NCBI GenBank assembly: GCA_965287045.1
Contig: OZ336878.1
Location: 104,346,001-104,410,000, forward strand
Direction: 5' to 3'
From: Carcharhinus amblyrhynchos
Lineage: Eukaryota
DNA: 64,000 bases
Shown: piece after piece, positions 27,501 to 41,770 of the stretch
How the letters are laid out: every line of letters begins with the position of its first letter
Numbering within the stretch: the stretch's first letter is position 1
Notes under the pieces: model-generated
What the model saw: the letters and a program-made list of their open reading frames with translations, nothing else
Databases searched by the model: none
Told to the model about the DNA's origin: nothing
Position numbers and translations under genes: made by a program

Positions 27501-30500
27501 AGTAAAACACGATTCACCCAGAAATCCAAAGTTCCTCGATGATGGAGGAGCTTGCAAATGGATCAAAAAGTTACCTGATAAGAACAGTTGAGGAACAGTC
27601 AGGAAAATTCAAACATTTGTCGAGGAATTGAACTGTCTAAATGATGAACATGAAAACAAGACTTCATAAAGGTGGGTCTTCAATGGCAACTTGGCGAATT
27701 TAAAGAATCAGAATTATCTACAATCATCATATAAAGTGTTTGAACAAGAGGAGGAGATCATGTAAAATCAGAAAAAACAATCAATCAAAACTGACAATGT
27801 TCTTATAAGTCTTCGCGAGAAGAGCAATTTGAATTGCAATGTAACATGGAGGAAGAAAAGAAAAAGTTGGATGGTATGGGATGTGGAATTCCAGAGCTGG
27901 CCCTCTAAATAAAAACATTGTGTTGAAGAATGATCACATTGAGTAAAGAACCGATCGAGGTAATATTACTGATGCATTCATATCAGTTTTTTATAATAGG
28001 AAAAAAAAACAACTGAAGTACCTGAAACATTGGAAACAGAATTATGATACAGTAGTGCTGACATCAGAAAATAATCTATCAGAGTCAGTAACCAAAGACG
28101 TCGATGTAAAAATGCTTCTTGGTGATATGACACAAGATATAGCAGTTGGAAGAAAGGCAACTGAATATTTTGTCAAAGGTGATTCAATTTGATCTGAGCA
28201 CTGGAATGAAATACCCCAGACATTGTGCGAAAAAGTTTTAAGGACTAGGACGAATTATGAAACTTCAGAGAGAAGGCTGATTAGTATGGCTCTGAAAGCG
28301 TTGAACGTAACTCGATTGAAAGGACAGTAAGAGAAACAAGATCAGAAATATTTAAGGGATAAAAAACATGAGTACCCTTCCATTCTGAGTGAACAGAGAA
28401 AGCATCTCAACAATATTCTTAAAACAGCAAAAGAGATTTTGGCAAGAAAATGACTGAAATGTTAACGCACAAAAATGACATGTTAACGATGTTATTTCAA
28501 AAGCTTAATGTCAAACGTGCGAATTTTTAAAACGGATTTGAGAATGAAACTGTGCCTGCCAGTGACAAAAGGTTAATTGCTCTGTAGACTAAAATGAAAC
28601 CGGAATTCTGCCATCTCACCCGCCACGGAATCGGAACGGATGAGTGGTGGACAATGGAAATGTCCATTGACCTCGGGCGGGAATTTTAGATCTCGCTCGA
28701 ATAAGGCCATAATTGATGTTAAAAACTGTAATCTCAAAGATGAAGAAATACAAGACTTGAGTATGGCGTTTTCATTCTCATGTTGATCTTGATTTTTTTT
28801 AAATGTTAGTTCATTGTAATTATTTAAAATGACCTTTGTAAATGTAAAATAAGAAAGCTGTCCTTGTCTGATCTTAGAATTATTACGTAAGTTTAATTGA
28901 ACGAATCTGTACTTGCAAGGAAGTTGCGATTAGCTTTCAAGCTGAAAAAAATGAGTTCCAATATCCAGTTGATATGTAGTCATAGAGTCATAGAGATTTA
29001 CAGCATGAAAACAGGCCCTTCTGCCCAAATTGTCTATGCTGCCCCCTTTTCAAACCCCTAAGCTAATCCCAGTTGTCCGTATTTGGCCCATATCCCTCGA
29101 TACCCATCTTACCCATGTAATTATCTAACTGCTTTTTGAAAAAACAAAATTGTACCCGCCTCTACTACTACCTCTGGCAGCTTGTTCCAGACACTCACGG
29201 CAATCTGTGTGAAAAAAATGCCCCTCTGGACACTTTCGCTTCTCCCCCCTCTCACCTTAAACTTATGCCCTCTAATTCTCGACATTTGGGAAAAGATATT
29301 GACTATCTTGCTGATCTGTGCCTCTCATTATTTTATAGACCTCGATAAGATCCCACCTCAGCATCCGCCGCTCCAGAGGGAAAAAAACGTCCTTGTCTGT
29401 CCAAGCTCTCTTTGTAACTCAAAACATCAAGTCCCGGTAGCATCCTAGTAAATCTTTTTTGCATTCTTTCTAGTTTAATAATATGCTCTCTATAATAGGG
29501 TGACCAGAACTGACACAGTATTCCAAGTCTGGCCTTAGCAATGTCTTGTATAACTTCAACAAGACGTCCCAACACCTGTATTCAATGTTCTGACTGATGA
29601 AACCAAGCATGCTGAATACCTTCTTCACCATTCTGTCCACCTGTGACTCCACTTTGTAGGAGATCTGAACATGTACCCAGAGTTATCTTTGTTCTGTAAC
29701 TCTCCCCAATTCAATCTACCAAAACGTATCACTTCGCATTTATCTAACTTAAACTCCATATGCTATTCATCAGTCCACTGGCCCAATTGATCAGGATCCC
29801 TTTGCAATCAGTGATAACTTTCTTCACTCTTCATTGTGCCAGCAAACTTGGTATCACCTGCAAACTTACTAACCATGCCTCCTACATTCACATCCAAATA
29901 ATTAATAGAAATAACAAATAACAGTGGACCAAGCATTGATCCCTGAGGCACGCCGCTGGTCACAGTCCTCCAGTTTGAAAAATAATCCTCTAAAACCACC
30001 CTCTGGCTTCTGTCAAAGTCTTGATTTTTTTTGTATCTTCGGAAGGTCGACTCCCGATGATTGCCTAGCAGCGTGTGGGCAACGCAAAAACTTTCCCTTG
30101 TCTCTCAACTTGCACCAAACATCTAGTCGGTGGAATGGAATACGAGCTGGAGATGACAAAATAAATAGGATGCATCCATCAGGTCTATTGGAAGCTGTAA
30201 CCTTAAAATGAAGTATGGGTTTCAGGCAGCCAGGTCCCGAGAGCGCGAAGAAAGGTACTATTGGACGGTCCTGAAGACGGTAACAGGCGGATTTCAGAGC
30301 ATCTGAAATTAAGTGGTCAGAAACATTGAGAACAGACTTGTGTTCTGAGAATCAGAAAAAATTTGGGCAGATCGATTGGTAGAACCAATGGAAAAATAAT
30401 TTCTTAAAACAACACTAGTAATTTTTTTATTATCTTGATGGAAAAATTATAAAATCGTGGCTGAGATCTGAACAGTGGTTTAAACGGGAATTCTCGTTAG

Positions 30501-30600
30501 ATTCTGCAAAAAGACAATGAGTTTCTTCAAAATCTTGGCACAGATTCACTCTGGAGCGGAAGCACAGGTCAGACGAGATACCGGAAAATAAAAACCGATT
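24600..30600 (+). mobile_element. Decayed Gmr1-like Ty3/Gypsy LTR retrotransposon (gag region), with direct-repeat LTR remnants and a nested CR1
   Basis: gag start MALEIAKHFLSVQGVSL (25712) with coiled coil, SCAN-like remnant and CFYC zinc knuckle (about 26860). LTR-like direct repeats at about 24890-25120 and 30147-30380 (cagaagctttgagaacagacttctggtctgcgaat vs cagaaacattgagaacagacttgtgttctgagaat). PBS-like sequence near 25440. Confidence 0.7.
28980..30015 (-). mobile_element. CR1/HER1 LINE 3' fragment nested in the LTR element
   Basis: SGVPQGSMLGPLLFVISINYLD...KFAGDTK and LYKTLLRPDLEYC. (TCATAGAG)2 tail at 28980. Confidence 0.9.
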
Positions 30601-30639
30601 TGGGAATGTGAATCCCTAAATAAAAATAATGCTGCAAGT

Positions 30640-33600
30640 GATGATTAATGTATTATATTCCATTTATTAACGTTAAATAAATGTTTTATTTTGTGATATA
30701 ATCTAATTCGTCGTCCTATGACTTTGTTTTCTCCACCTTTGAGAAACCAAAAATAAAAATAGCCATTAACAAGGTTCCATTCTGGGACCCACCTCCTTAT
30801 TTTAAAATCAACTGAAGCGCGGCATTTTTCCACACTCGTCGGGAACAACAACATGTTTTTGGAAGTCAGGCCGCGAATTACAGGAATAGTTGAAACAGAT
30901 CATGGCTGTTAAATCCTGGAGAAGTTTTAACTTCGTATTACGTCATGTAAAACACAAGTCATACAGGATCAACAATCAAAACTTTATAAAATGTACCTTC
31001 TTTTGGAATAATGCCGTCAGCAGCTCCCTATTTTCTGATGAACACCGTTTGTTGTTCTGTTTCTCCCCAGGTTCCTCGAAATTTATGTGATGTATACGAT
31101 TTTTATGGAACTTCTTATCCCAGGGCATTTTTTTTTCAGCTTTAACTACAAAAACACACACTGAGGTTACAAATGATTGACGCCATAGCAAACAATTACT
31201 GTTAATGTAGAACCATTCTTGATTGGATCGAGTAGTCAACAAATAAAAACGTTTATAATGTTGCAATGGCGTTCTAGTGAAAAAGCATGTTTATTGTAGT
31301 CTCGTAAGAGAAAAACAGTATCATATTTTTACAACCTACCACTTCCATCATAAAAAAAATGATAGTAGAGTAACAAGAATGCCACGGGCTAGTAATCCAG
31401 AATGCCAACCTAATGCACTTTGGAGACGAGATCAGATAAAACATTGGATTTGAAAGAATTATAAAATATAACATTGATTTTTAATCTAATCTCAGCAGTG
31501 GTTCCTCTTGACTGCTGTCGGCAGTCCTACAGTTTATGCTCCGTTATGTTCAGCAACTCAGGAACAAGGCCTAAATTAGTGTATATTTCTTGCAACTGTC
31601 TCTGCACCTGCTCACTTTTCTTACTCACATCATTCTCCAGTAACTTGCTTTCCTTCTCTGCGTGCACAAATTTCACATTGTACCATACGCCTCTACTTGC
31701 TTAGATTTTTAACTACCCACCAGCCCCTCGTAGTGCTTGATCAACATGTTCAACTGCTGCATCTCAGACTGAGCAAACATCAGCATCTCCCTTTGAAGCT
31801 ATGCCAACTTGAGCGGATGAAACTTATAAGAATACTCCTTAATTAAGACAACATATTCTACATCATACAGTTATTTTAGTACTTCCAAGCTTACTCCTAC
31901 ATCTAGCTCTATGAGATTACAATGGTTCAGTTCATTTTGGTTTTCCTCCTCGCTAATCTTCCCAAGTTTTGATTACTTCCTCTTTCACCATTCTAATTAG
32001 AGGATTGCCAAGTTCAGAATTATGAATCATACCTTCTCTCTGAAATGGAGCAAATGATGCATCTTTCTCCTGATTTGTTTCTCTATCGAAATACTATTTG
32101 AGCATATTAACATTACAGACAATGTGAATTATAGTTTGTCATATTAAATAATTCACGTTCATATCAAATAATTGACATCATTCGATTTCTGTGTAAGTTG
32201 ATAAGACCACTAAACGTTGCTTTGAATGCTTCACCTACCACTGGTAATAAAGCTAACATTTCATCACAGTCGTGAGACTCCAGAATTTTGATTTATCTGT
32301 TTTTTTTATCCTACGTTGGGCTATCTTTAAATGCAGTCTAGATAATTCACCAGACCTATTTAGTCTTTGTCTGAAGTTTGACAGTTGGGCAATGCAGTCT
32401 GACTCACTAAATTATATTTGATCAATTTAGTTGGTCCTCGTACCTTGGGAACAAAAGTTATTTCAAATGGTCAAAATTTTCCTTGTTTATTAGATGCGTC
32501 CCTAATTGCAAAATGTACAATTGGGATTCTTCTATCCCAATCGTCTGGATAATCCGAACTATAGGCTCCCAAAATGGTCTAGTATGTAATAGCACCGTTC
32601 TAACGCTCCCTTCGCTTCTGGATGACATGCAGTGAAATCAACTGGTAGTCGATCCATAACTTCTCTGAGGAAATTCAGCTCAAGATGTGATCCTTGACTG
32701 GGAAGACGTATATGGGCTGTCCACATCTGGTTAAAAAAAATCCTTTGCAGACAATTTCGCTGTAAGATGACGAGGGAATGGCCTTTGGCAATCTAGTTGA
32801 CACATCTGTTATGGACACGAAAACAAATTCCAACTTCTTTATTTCGGTAGGGCGTGCCATCAATTAGGAACACCGTAAAATGTTCTTCAAACGTATCCTG
32901 GGTGATCATTTGATTACCACTTGTGGTTTTCCTTTTACCTGATATGTGTGAGATTTAGGGCAAAGTTCTATTGCACCTTTAGCAATTACAGCCAATAAAA
33001 CTATTTTGTATATTTGGTTGCGTTTTTCTTTCTCCTAAATGACATCCTACTGGAGCTTTATGAGCTACCCACAACACCTCTTCACATAGCATACTGGTAA
33101 GACAACATAATGACCTTCTGCCCCCATTCATCCACCTGGATGTGCAAAGATCTTCACTTCCTCGAAAACACATAATTGTTAGTATAATAACGCGACGGGC
33201 TACACTTCTTATGCGTCTGCTTTCTGACACAATAGTTTGATCTCAAAAAATATAGACACATAGTAACATAGAAGACAAGAGCAGCAGGATGCCATTTGGC
33301 CCTTCGGGCCCACTCTGACATTCTTCATGATCATGGCAGATCATCCAACTCAATAGACGTTTTCTCCCCAGAGCCCTTGATCCCATTCGCCCCAATTGAA
33401 ATATGTAGCCGCCTCTTGAATACATACAAAGGTTTGGGATCGACTATTTGCTATGGTAATGAATTTCATAGGCTCGCCACTCTTTTAATGAAGAAATGTC
33501 TCCTCATCTCTGTCGTAAATGATCTACCCCGAATCTTAAGACTGTGACCCCTGATTCTGGACACACACGCACACACCATTCGGAACATCCATCATGCATC

Positions 33601-36600
33601 TACTTTGGACAGTCCTTTCAGAATTTTACCAGTCTCTATGAGATCCCCTAATTTGTCTGAACTCGACCAAAAACAATCCTGACAAAGTCAATCTCTCCTT
33701 GTACATCAGTCGTACCAACTTCAGAATAAACCGGGTAAATCTTTGTTGCAGTCCCTTGAGAACAAGAACATCCTTCCTCAGAAAAGGAAACCAAAACTGC
33801 ACATAATATTCTTGGTATGGCCTCCCAATGCTCTGTAGAATTGAAGCAACACATCTCTGCTACTGTACTCGAAACCTCTCGCAATGAAGACCAACATACC
33901 ATTTGCCTTCTTTGCCACCTGCTGCACCTGGATGCTTACCGTCAACGACTGGAACACACAAGTCCCGCTACACACTCCCCTCTTCCAATTTACAGTCATT
34001 CAGATAGTAATCTGCTTTCTTGGTTTTGCTTCCAGAATGAATAACCACACATTTATCCAGATTATACTGCATCTGCCATTGATTTCCTCACTGACCAAAT
34101 CTGTCCAGATCATACTACATGATCTCTGCATCCAAGTCAGAATTTACCCTGCCACGAACTTGGTATCATCTGTAAACTTTGAGATGTTACAATTACTTCC
34201 CATCCAAATCATTACTATATATTGTGAATAACCGGGGACCCAGCACCGACCCCTGTGGTACTCCACTAGTTGCTACCTGCCAATCTGAAAATGATTCACT
34301 AATTCCTACTCTTTGTTTACTCTCTGTCATCAGTTTTCTACCGATCTCAATACACACCCCCCAACCTCATGCATTTAATCTTGCACTGTTATCTCTAATG
34401 TGAGACTTTGTCAAACTCTTTCTGAAAGTACAAATGTGTCATATCGACTGTCACCCCCTTGTCAACTCTTACGAGTTGTATCTTCGAAGAATTGCAACAG
34501 ATTTGTCAAGCATGATTTCCCCTTCACAAATCCGTGCTGACTCTGCCTTATGCTGCCACTGCTTTCCGAATGCTCCGCTATAAAGTCCTTGATAATGGAT
34601 TCGGGAATCCACCCCGCCCCTTCCCCCCACCTCCCACGGATGTGAGGGTTGCTAGTCTATAATTCCTTTTTTTCTCTCTATCTCCCTTTTAAAATATTGG
34701 AATAACGTTAGCCACCTTCCAATCTGCAGCGGCTGTTCTAGAGTGTATAGAATCCTGGAAGATGTCTACCTAGGCATCTACTATTTCTAGAGACACCTCC
34801 ATAAGTACTCTGGGATATAGATCAGCAAACCCTGATGATTTATCCGCATTCAATCCCATCAATTTTACCAACACCATTTCTCTACTAATATTTATCTCCC
34901 TCAGTTCTTTCCTCTCACAAAATACTTCATTTTCCAATCGTTCTGGTGTCTGATTTGTGTTCTTTCTTATGAAGACAGAACCAAAGTGTGTATTCAGTTG
35001 CTCAGCTTTTTTTTGCCCCCTATTACATACTCCCTCGTTTCTGTCTGTAGGACATTTACATTTGCCTTTAACAACGTCTTTCGCTTCAGGTATCTATAGA
35101 AACTCTTCATGTCGGCCTTTATGTTCCCTGCAAACTTACTTTTGGCTGTATTTTCCTTCTTTTTTCAATCCTTTGGTCCTTCTTTGCTGAATTCTAAACT
35201 CCTAATCCTAAGGCCTATTATTCGTAGCCAACGCATATTCTTCTTCGCTGGATAGGATGCTTTCTCTCATTTCCTTTGTGAGTCATGGATGGCCCTCTTA
35301 TCCATTTTACCCATATCGACATCTTTCTGTTACAATTCTGCAATTTTCCATAACTAAAGACCGGCTTTATCATTAAACTATTCTTGTTCTTTTTCAACTA
35401 TCTGGTATAATTGAATTTTTGATAACTGGACATCAGTCTCCTTACATTTACATTCTGATTCTTCCTTCTGTCTCAGCCTGTGGTTTTGCGATCTTGTTAC
35501 CACACAGTCGGGAAGACTGCCAGGTTATTCTTCATGCATCGCCACAGTTATTAGATTTACCACTACCTTTTCCGCCACAGTGGACACCACCCCATCCGTG
35601 ATCCAGTTATGCTGTTACCCAGGTTAAACTGAATCCCTGAAAAGGTAAATTTCTCTGTTACTTCTAACACCCTCTCACCACTTTTCATCAGACTCTTCTG
35701 CTTTAACGGATATAATGTTCACTAAAAATTTCACACACTGCTATCTTTTCTGGCAAAATTTCCTTCACATTTTCCCCCATCTCTCACAAGTAAAGTTTGG
35801 CTTGCTCATGTGTATCTTGCGATCTTATTTTTTTCCCGATTCCGCCTTGTACGAGTTAGCATTGCCCACACAAATAATTCTTTAAATAGATCCTGCACTT
35901 ATACATCAACTAGCCACTGAATAACCGTTAATTTACTTTGCACATCTTTAGCTTCAAACATTGTTCTCTTCACGCTATATCAAACCACACTGGCTTACCC
36001 TGTTTTACCACATTTTTCTTCCCAGTTCTTTTTTAAGCCGCCGAAACTGAGACTTTTGTGTGCCCAACACTATAGCAATGAAAACATCTAAGTTTCTTAT
36101 ATCTCCTCCATACTCACATTCTTCATTTTTAATTGAGGTAAACTATCAGTACTATCTTCAAGGGGTCGCCTTTGAGTTTACAAGCCTGAGGATTTCTCTT
36201 TTCGTTAGCTTTCATCCTCCAAAAATTGAGCTGGATGTTACAACCCAAACCTTCACTTACGAATTAACTCATAATCGCCTGCCATTTCTGCTCCAACACT
36301 CGCACTTTTAACCCTTCCATCCGAGTCCTGACTTTGGGATGTGATATTTTGAAATTTTTCAAGGTAACGGTTTCCCTAAGGGGGTCAAAAGTCAGATCTA
36401 TTTTCAAAGCCCTTACCCTCCTGTCAAAGTAGCTTTGATTCTTTCAAATGCTTTATATATGTTTGAAGAGAATCATTCCTTAGATGTCTTAACTTTTGTC
36501 TGTGAGTTTCTAAAAGTAACTCATATGCGCATAATATGACGTTTGACATCTTAGCATAATCCCTCGGTATCTCCTCTGTTAGTGGCACAAACACCTCACG

Positions 36601-37350
36601 GGTTCTACCAACAACTTTGTTTGAACCAATAATGCGCACATTGTCTGTGGCCGTTTTACTTGTTTAGCCTGTTTCTCAAATGAAATGAAAATGGCTGTGA
36701 CATCCTTCCCATCAAACCTTGGCATTGCTTAAACAAATTTAGCCTGATCCCCATTCTGTCTCTCACTACAGTAGGTTGGTTCTTCCTTACTGTCCTCATG
36801 ACTTCTCCCAGCATTTACTGTTACCTCCATTAGTTTAATTTGGCGTTCACTTTTCAGTTCCAGTCTCCCGAGTTTAAACATTTTCTCCTTTTCCCTTTGC
36901 TCTGCTACTGCTGTTCTCTTTCTTTTTCTTCTTCTGCTGCAATTTCCCCCATTCCTTCTCCACTGACATTAAGTTTAATTCAAACTATTTAATTTCCATT
37001 TGTTGTTGCAGCTGTTTCATTTATAATTGAAACATTGATCATTGCCAATGAGTCTGCTTCTGGCAATGTCAGATGCTAAACTGTCACTGAAATTATCTTC
37101 GCCTTCCGCACCCTTTCAACTGCAGCTTGTTGGTAAATACAAAAGTTGTGTTTTAATGACCAATTTTCAGCTATTCCCCGAGACCTCTTCTTCATCCAGG
37201 AAAACGTTAGTCACTGAAAGAGCTATATCTCCACGAGGCGCTCCATGTTTAAACTAACAAATTCAACACCAGAAAAGAAAGCACCAATGTTCATCTCTCA
37301 CTGTAGGATGAAGGATAATTCAGAACGTTTACAACACATTGTAACGGGGA
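30640..37350 (-). mobile_element. Decayed Gmr1-like Gypsy LTR retrotransposon (gag-SCAN, integrase, start of RT)
   Basis: ORF 36424-36639 AYELLLETHRQKLRHL (SCAN/gag). Integrase remnants TDVSTRLPKAIP and HPEAKGALER...FAIRDASN (about 32480-32810). RT start IKEYSYKFHPLKLA*LQREM (about 31785-31845) lies downstream of the integrase. Confidence 0.78.
33250..35310 (-). mobile_element. CR1 LINE nested in the Gmr1-like element
   Basis: [44 protein letters not shown] (about 34233-34265). 3' tail at about 33255-33310. Confidence 0.88.
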
Positions 37351-37429
37351 TGGATGAAAGCCAATTGCCGTGGTTAACAATGGCAGAAACGAAATTCATA
37401 TAAAACACGACCCAAAAGTGGGATTTTTG

Positions 37430-38640
37430 AGACTTAGGCAGTAAGTTAAAAATATGAATTTACAGGGGGTGATGTTCATATTATTAATAGTGCCACAGGT
37501 TAATCAGAGTAGGAGTATAAGGATATGTCAGATGAGTACATGGCTCGGAGATGGAATGCGGGGGAAGGTTTTGGGTTCCTGAGATTTTGAAATGGTTCAA
37601 TCGAACATAGTCCAGTACAAACTGCAGTTATTAAATTGGGCAGGACCCAGTGGAGGAGGAAGTGGGTAGTGGTTGGGGTATTGTGAGTGTGGCAGGGAGT
37701 ATTTGAAAACGTGTTTAGAGTTGCTTCACTTAATTTTACGCGGAGAATGTCAACCTACATAACGTATCAGAGGAGAGGAAATCAAGGACAAAAAACAAGA
37801 GAGGGACAACAAAGAGAGTATGAAATGTTATTGTCAGAGAAGTCAAGAACCAAACTCAAACAGGGCCATACAGAAAAAGCGGGAATTGGAAAGGTTATGT
37901 TAGAAAGACAGGCCTTATTTGTTTTCTTTAACAAGTGGTGAATTCGCAATGAAGTGAATGATTTAATCATGCAATCGACTAAATAGGTATGATATCGTTG
38001 GGATTACGGGTACACGGCTGTACAGACATCAGACATGGGCAATGAACAGCCTGGGCCATTCAGCGCTTCGGAAGGGCAAAAAAAAAGGAGAAAGCTGTGG
38101 GGTTGCACTTCTGGTTAAAAAAAAGTCACATATTAGTGAGGAAGGATATAAACTTCGAAGATGCTCAATTTTTATGGGTAGAATCATAGAAAGTGCAGAA
38201 AGAGGCCCTTCGGCCCATTGAGTCTGCACCGAACACAATCCCACACAGGCCCTATCCCCTTATCCCTACATATTTTTATTTTACCTACTAATCCCTCTAA
38301 CCTACGCATCCCAGGATACTAAGGAGCATTTTTTTTAAGCATGGCCAATGAACCTAACCCGCACGCCTTTGGACTGTGGGAGGAAACCAGAGTACCCGGA
38401 GGAAACCCACGCAGACACGAGGAGAATGTCCAAATTCTACACAGACCGTGACCCGAGCCGGGAATCGAACCCAGGATCCCTGGAGCTGGGAAGCTGCACT
38501 GCTAACCACTGTGCTGCCGTGCCGCCCGAGCTGAGAAACAGTAACGGGTAAAACACACCAATAGCGGTAGTGACTTGACAAAGAAAGTGCTGTAAGGATG
38601 TTAGGAATAGTATTGAACAGAAAATACGAGGTACATGTGA
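37430..38640 (+). mobile_element. Old CR1 5' region (ORF1 end and endonuclease start)
   Basis: YDIVGITGTRL and GESCGVALLVK resemble the start of the CR1 apurinic endonuclease. Confidence 0.55.
38178..38527 (-). mobile_element. HE1-type SINE (well preserved)
   Basis: ggactgtgggaggaaaccagagtacccggaggaaacccacgcagacacg...gctaaccactgtgctgccgtgccgccc. Confidence 0.92.
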
Positions 38641-38679
38641 TAAAGGAACGTCTGTAATTATCCTCTGAAGTAGGATTCT

Positions 38680-40135
38680 CCTCACTCGAGGTCGCTGTCC
38701 AGTCTTCTCTGATCCAACGAAAATAATCCGAAACTCCCAGCCACTCTTCGTAACTTAAATGTTCCTTCTGGCAGCGTCTTGATGAATCTCCTTTGCACCC
38801 CCTCTGGTTCAATCACATCCTTCCTGTAATATGGCGACCAGAAATGTACACGGTACTCTAGCTGTGGCCTCACCAATATGCTATGTAACTCCAATATGAT
38901 ATTGTAATCTATGCCTCGCTTGATAAAGTCATGATGTGGATATGCCGGCGTTGGACTGGGGTAAACACAGTAAAAAGTCTGACAATACCAGGTTTCAGTC
39001 CAACCGATTTGTTTGATAGTAAATTCACTAGCTTTCGGGTTAGCCCCTTCGTCAGGTGAATGGAGAGTTCTGGCCTCAGACAGAGCATATAAAGCACAGA
39101 CAGTTTACAGATTACTGATTAGAATGCGAATCTTTACTCGCTTGATGAAGGCAAGTGTCCCAGCACCCTACTTTTTCACCACCCTACTAATCTGTTCTTC
39201 CACCTTCAGAAATCTGTGGACAAGTACACCAATGTCCCTTTGTTTTAAAGAACTCCCTGTTGTCATGCCATTAATTGAGTACTTCCTTGTGAAATTGCTC
39301 ATTCCAAAGTTTATCACCTCAAACCTTTCGGGAATAACTTCATCTACCATTTATCCACCCATTTGACCGTGTTGTCTTTATATTATTGCAACCCAATACA
39401 CTCAGCTTCACTGTTAACCACCTGACCGATCTTTCTGCCAACACGCAAACTTATTAATCCAACCCCACCTAGTCATCTGTGTCACTTATACAAATGACAC
39501 ATAATACAGAACCCAAAATGGATTCCTCTGTTATGCCACTGGGCACTGGTTTCTAGTCACTGAAACAGCTTTCTGTCATCACCCCCTGTCTCCTACAACT
39601 AAACCAATTTTGAATCAACTTCATGAAGTTTCCCTATAGGACATTTGCATTTATCTTCTGCACAAGGCTCTCCAATCGCACCGTGTCAAAGGCTTTGCTG
39701 AAATGCATATAATTTGCACTAATTGCAATACATTAATTTGCAAATCTTGCCACTTCCTGAAAAAAAGTCAATCAAAATTGTTAGGCATGACATCCCTCTG
39801 ACGAAGCCATGTTGACTATCCATGATCAAGCTTTGCCTTTCGAAGTGGAAACTAATGCTCTCCTCCAGAGGCTTCTCCAATATTTTCCCTACCACAGACG
39901 TGAGGCTCACTGGTCTGTAGTATCTCAACAAAGTTTCTTAAATATTGGAACTAAATTGGCCGTTCTCCTGTCATCTGGCACCTAACCTGTCGCCAAAATC
40001 AAACTGAAAATTCCTCTCAGCGCCCCCGCAATTTCCTCCCTCACCACCTAAAGCAGTCTAGAGGACAATTCATCCGGGCCTGAAAATTGGTCCACTTTTA
40101 AGGCTACCGACACCACAAGTACCTTGTTCTTCCTT
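38680..40135 (-). mobile_element. CR1 LINE RT fragment with a short inserted repeat at about 38930-39130
   Basis: YRPVSLTSVVGKILE...SQHGFVRGMSCLT and LVRPQLEYRVHFWSPYYRKD. The insert starts atgatgtggatatgccggcgttggactggggtaaacac, and a related copy lies at about 52840. Confidence 0.85.
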
Positions 40136-40139
40136 ATGT

Positions 40140-41240
40140 AAGGTAGGACGCAAGGAAGTTGAAAATATCAGATGAATATTGGGATGTATATCTAAAGATC
40201 CCGGAAGGCAGCCAGGCATGTAGATAAGGTTGTTAATAAGGCATATAGAATAATTGCCTTTATTAGCTCAGAATATAACAGAAGGGACTTTGCTTTGGAG
40301 CTGTATACAAAGCTCATTATTCGGCATTTGTGTAGTATTCGTCGCCACGGCATAGGAAGGACATGATTGCAGGAGAAAAAGTGTAGAAGTGATTCATCAG
40401 GACCTTTCCTCGGATGAAGAATTTCAGCTATGAAGATAGGCTAGTGAGATTGAAATTGTTTCCTTAGGACAGCGAAGACGAGAGGCAATTGACTGAGCTG
40501 TACAACGTTATGAGGTGCATTGATAAAGTAGATGGGAAGAAATGTTTCCCCTTGTTAGAGCGGTCAATAAACTGAGACACAAATTTATAGAGTCTTAAGT
40601 CGTACAAGTTTACAGCATGGAAACAGACCCTCGGCCCAACTTGTCCGTTCCGCCCTCTTTTTAAAATCCCTAAACTAGTCCTAATTGGCCGCATTTGGCC
40701 AACATACCTCTATACCCATCTTACTCTTGTAACTGCCTAAACTCTTTTTAAAGATAAAGTTTTACCCGTCTCAACTCCTGCCTCTGGGAGCTTGTTCCCT
40801 AAACTCACCACCCTCTGTGTGAAAAAAAATCCTCTCGAGACCCTTTTTGTATCTCTCCCTTCTCACCTCAACCATATGCCCTCTAGTTTTAGATTCTCTA
40901 CCTTTGGTAAAAAATATTGAGTATCTAGCTGGTCTATGCCCCTCATTATTTTAAAGTACTCTATGAGATCACCCCTCAGCCTTCTTTAAGGAAAGAGGCA
41001 GGCGATTCGGAGGAGATTTAAGAAAATATTTTCACACAAATTGTGCTTCAAATTTGGAACTCATTGTCTTATACAGTGGCAGAAGAGGGAACCCTGCTAA
41101 CATTTGAGAATCGTTATGAAACACTATAGCACAAAAGGCTACGGAACAAATGCTGGAAAACAGGATCACGATAGATGCTTGGTTGCCAGCAGGCGCATGG
41201 TGGACTTAATGCCCTCTTCCTGTGTTTTAAAACTTTATGA
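40140..41240 (+). mobile_element. CR1 3' fragment with a nested opposite-strand CR1 tail (about 40585-40985)
   Basis: Plus-strand kvvnkayriiafi-type remnant. The inner fragment tttacagcatggaaacagaccctcggcccaacttgtcc matches the tail at 28995. Confidence 0.7.
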
Positions 41241-41384
41241 CTATGGTCACTGGCATCTTTCCTACAAGCCCAGTGCTAATATCACTTCCCGTCTGCCTCC
41301 CTGGCATCTCGTCATATGCTGCCTCTGTCCAAACGCATTGGGGCCTTTGATCATGATCTCCTCAACTAATTTCAGAGACATTCA

Positions 41385-41770
41385 GAGAAGGTGGCAGAGT
41401 GGGTATGTTGCTGGAGCTGTTATCCAATTACCCAGGCAATAGGGACATGCTGTTCAAATCACTTCATATTTGCAACTGCTGGAAATTGAGGCAAATGATA
41501 AACCACAAATACAAAGCTAATCTCTGTAGTCCTGTCCATGGAACTATCGTCGATTTTTGAAAATACAGTCTGTTCCACTAATGTCCCCTCAGGGAAGGAA
41601 GCTTGTTATTCTTTCTTCACCTGGAATACATGTGACTCCAGACCACTGACTCCAATGTCATTGAATCTTTAATGACCGCCGAAACCTCGCAAGTTCAGTT
41701 CAAGGGCAATTCCGAATGGGCATACATGGCTGACCCTATAAGTAATGCTAACATTCTGTGAGCGAATATA
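41385..41770 (+). mobile_element. tRNA-derived SINE, non-HE1 family
   Basis: A/B-box-like head (gtggcagagtgggt...gttcaaatc) and conserved core cactaatgtcccctcagggaaggaa...acatgtgactccagacc. Confidence 0.55.
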
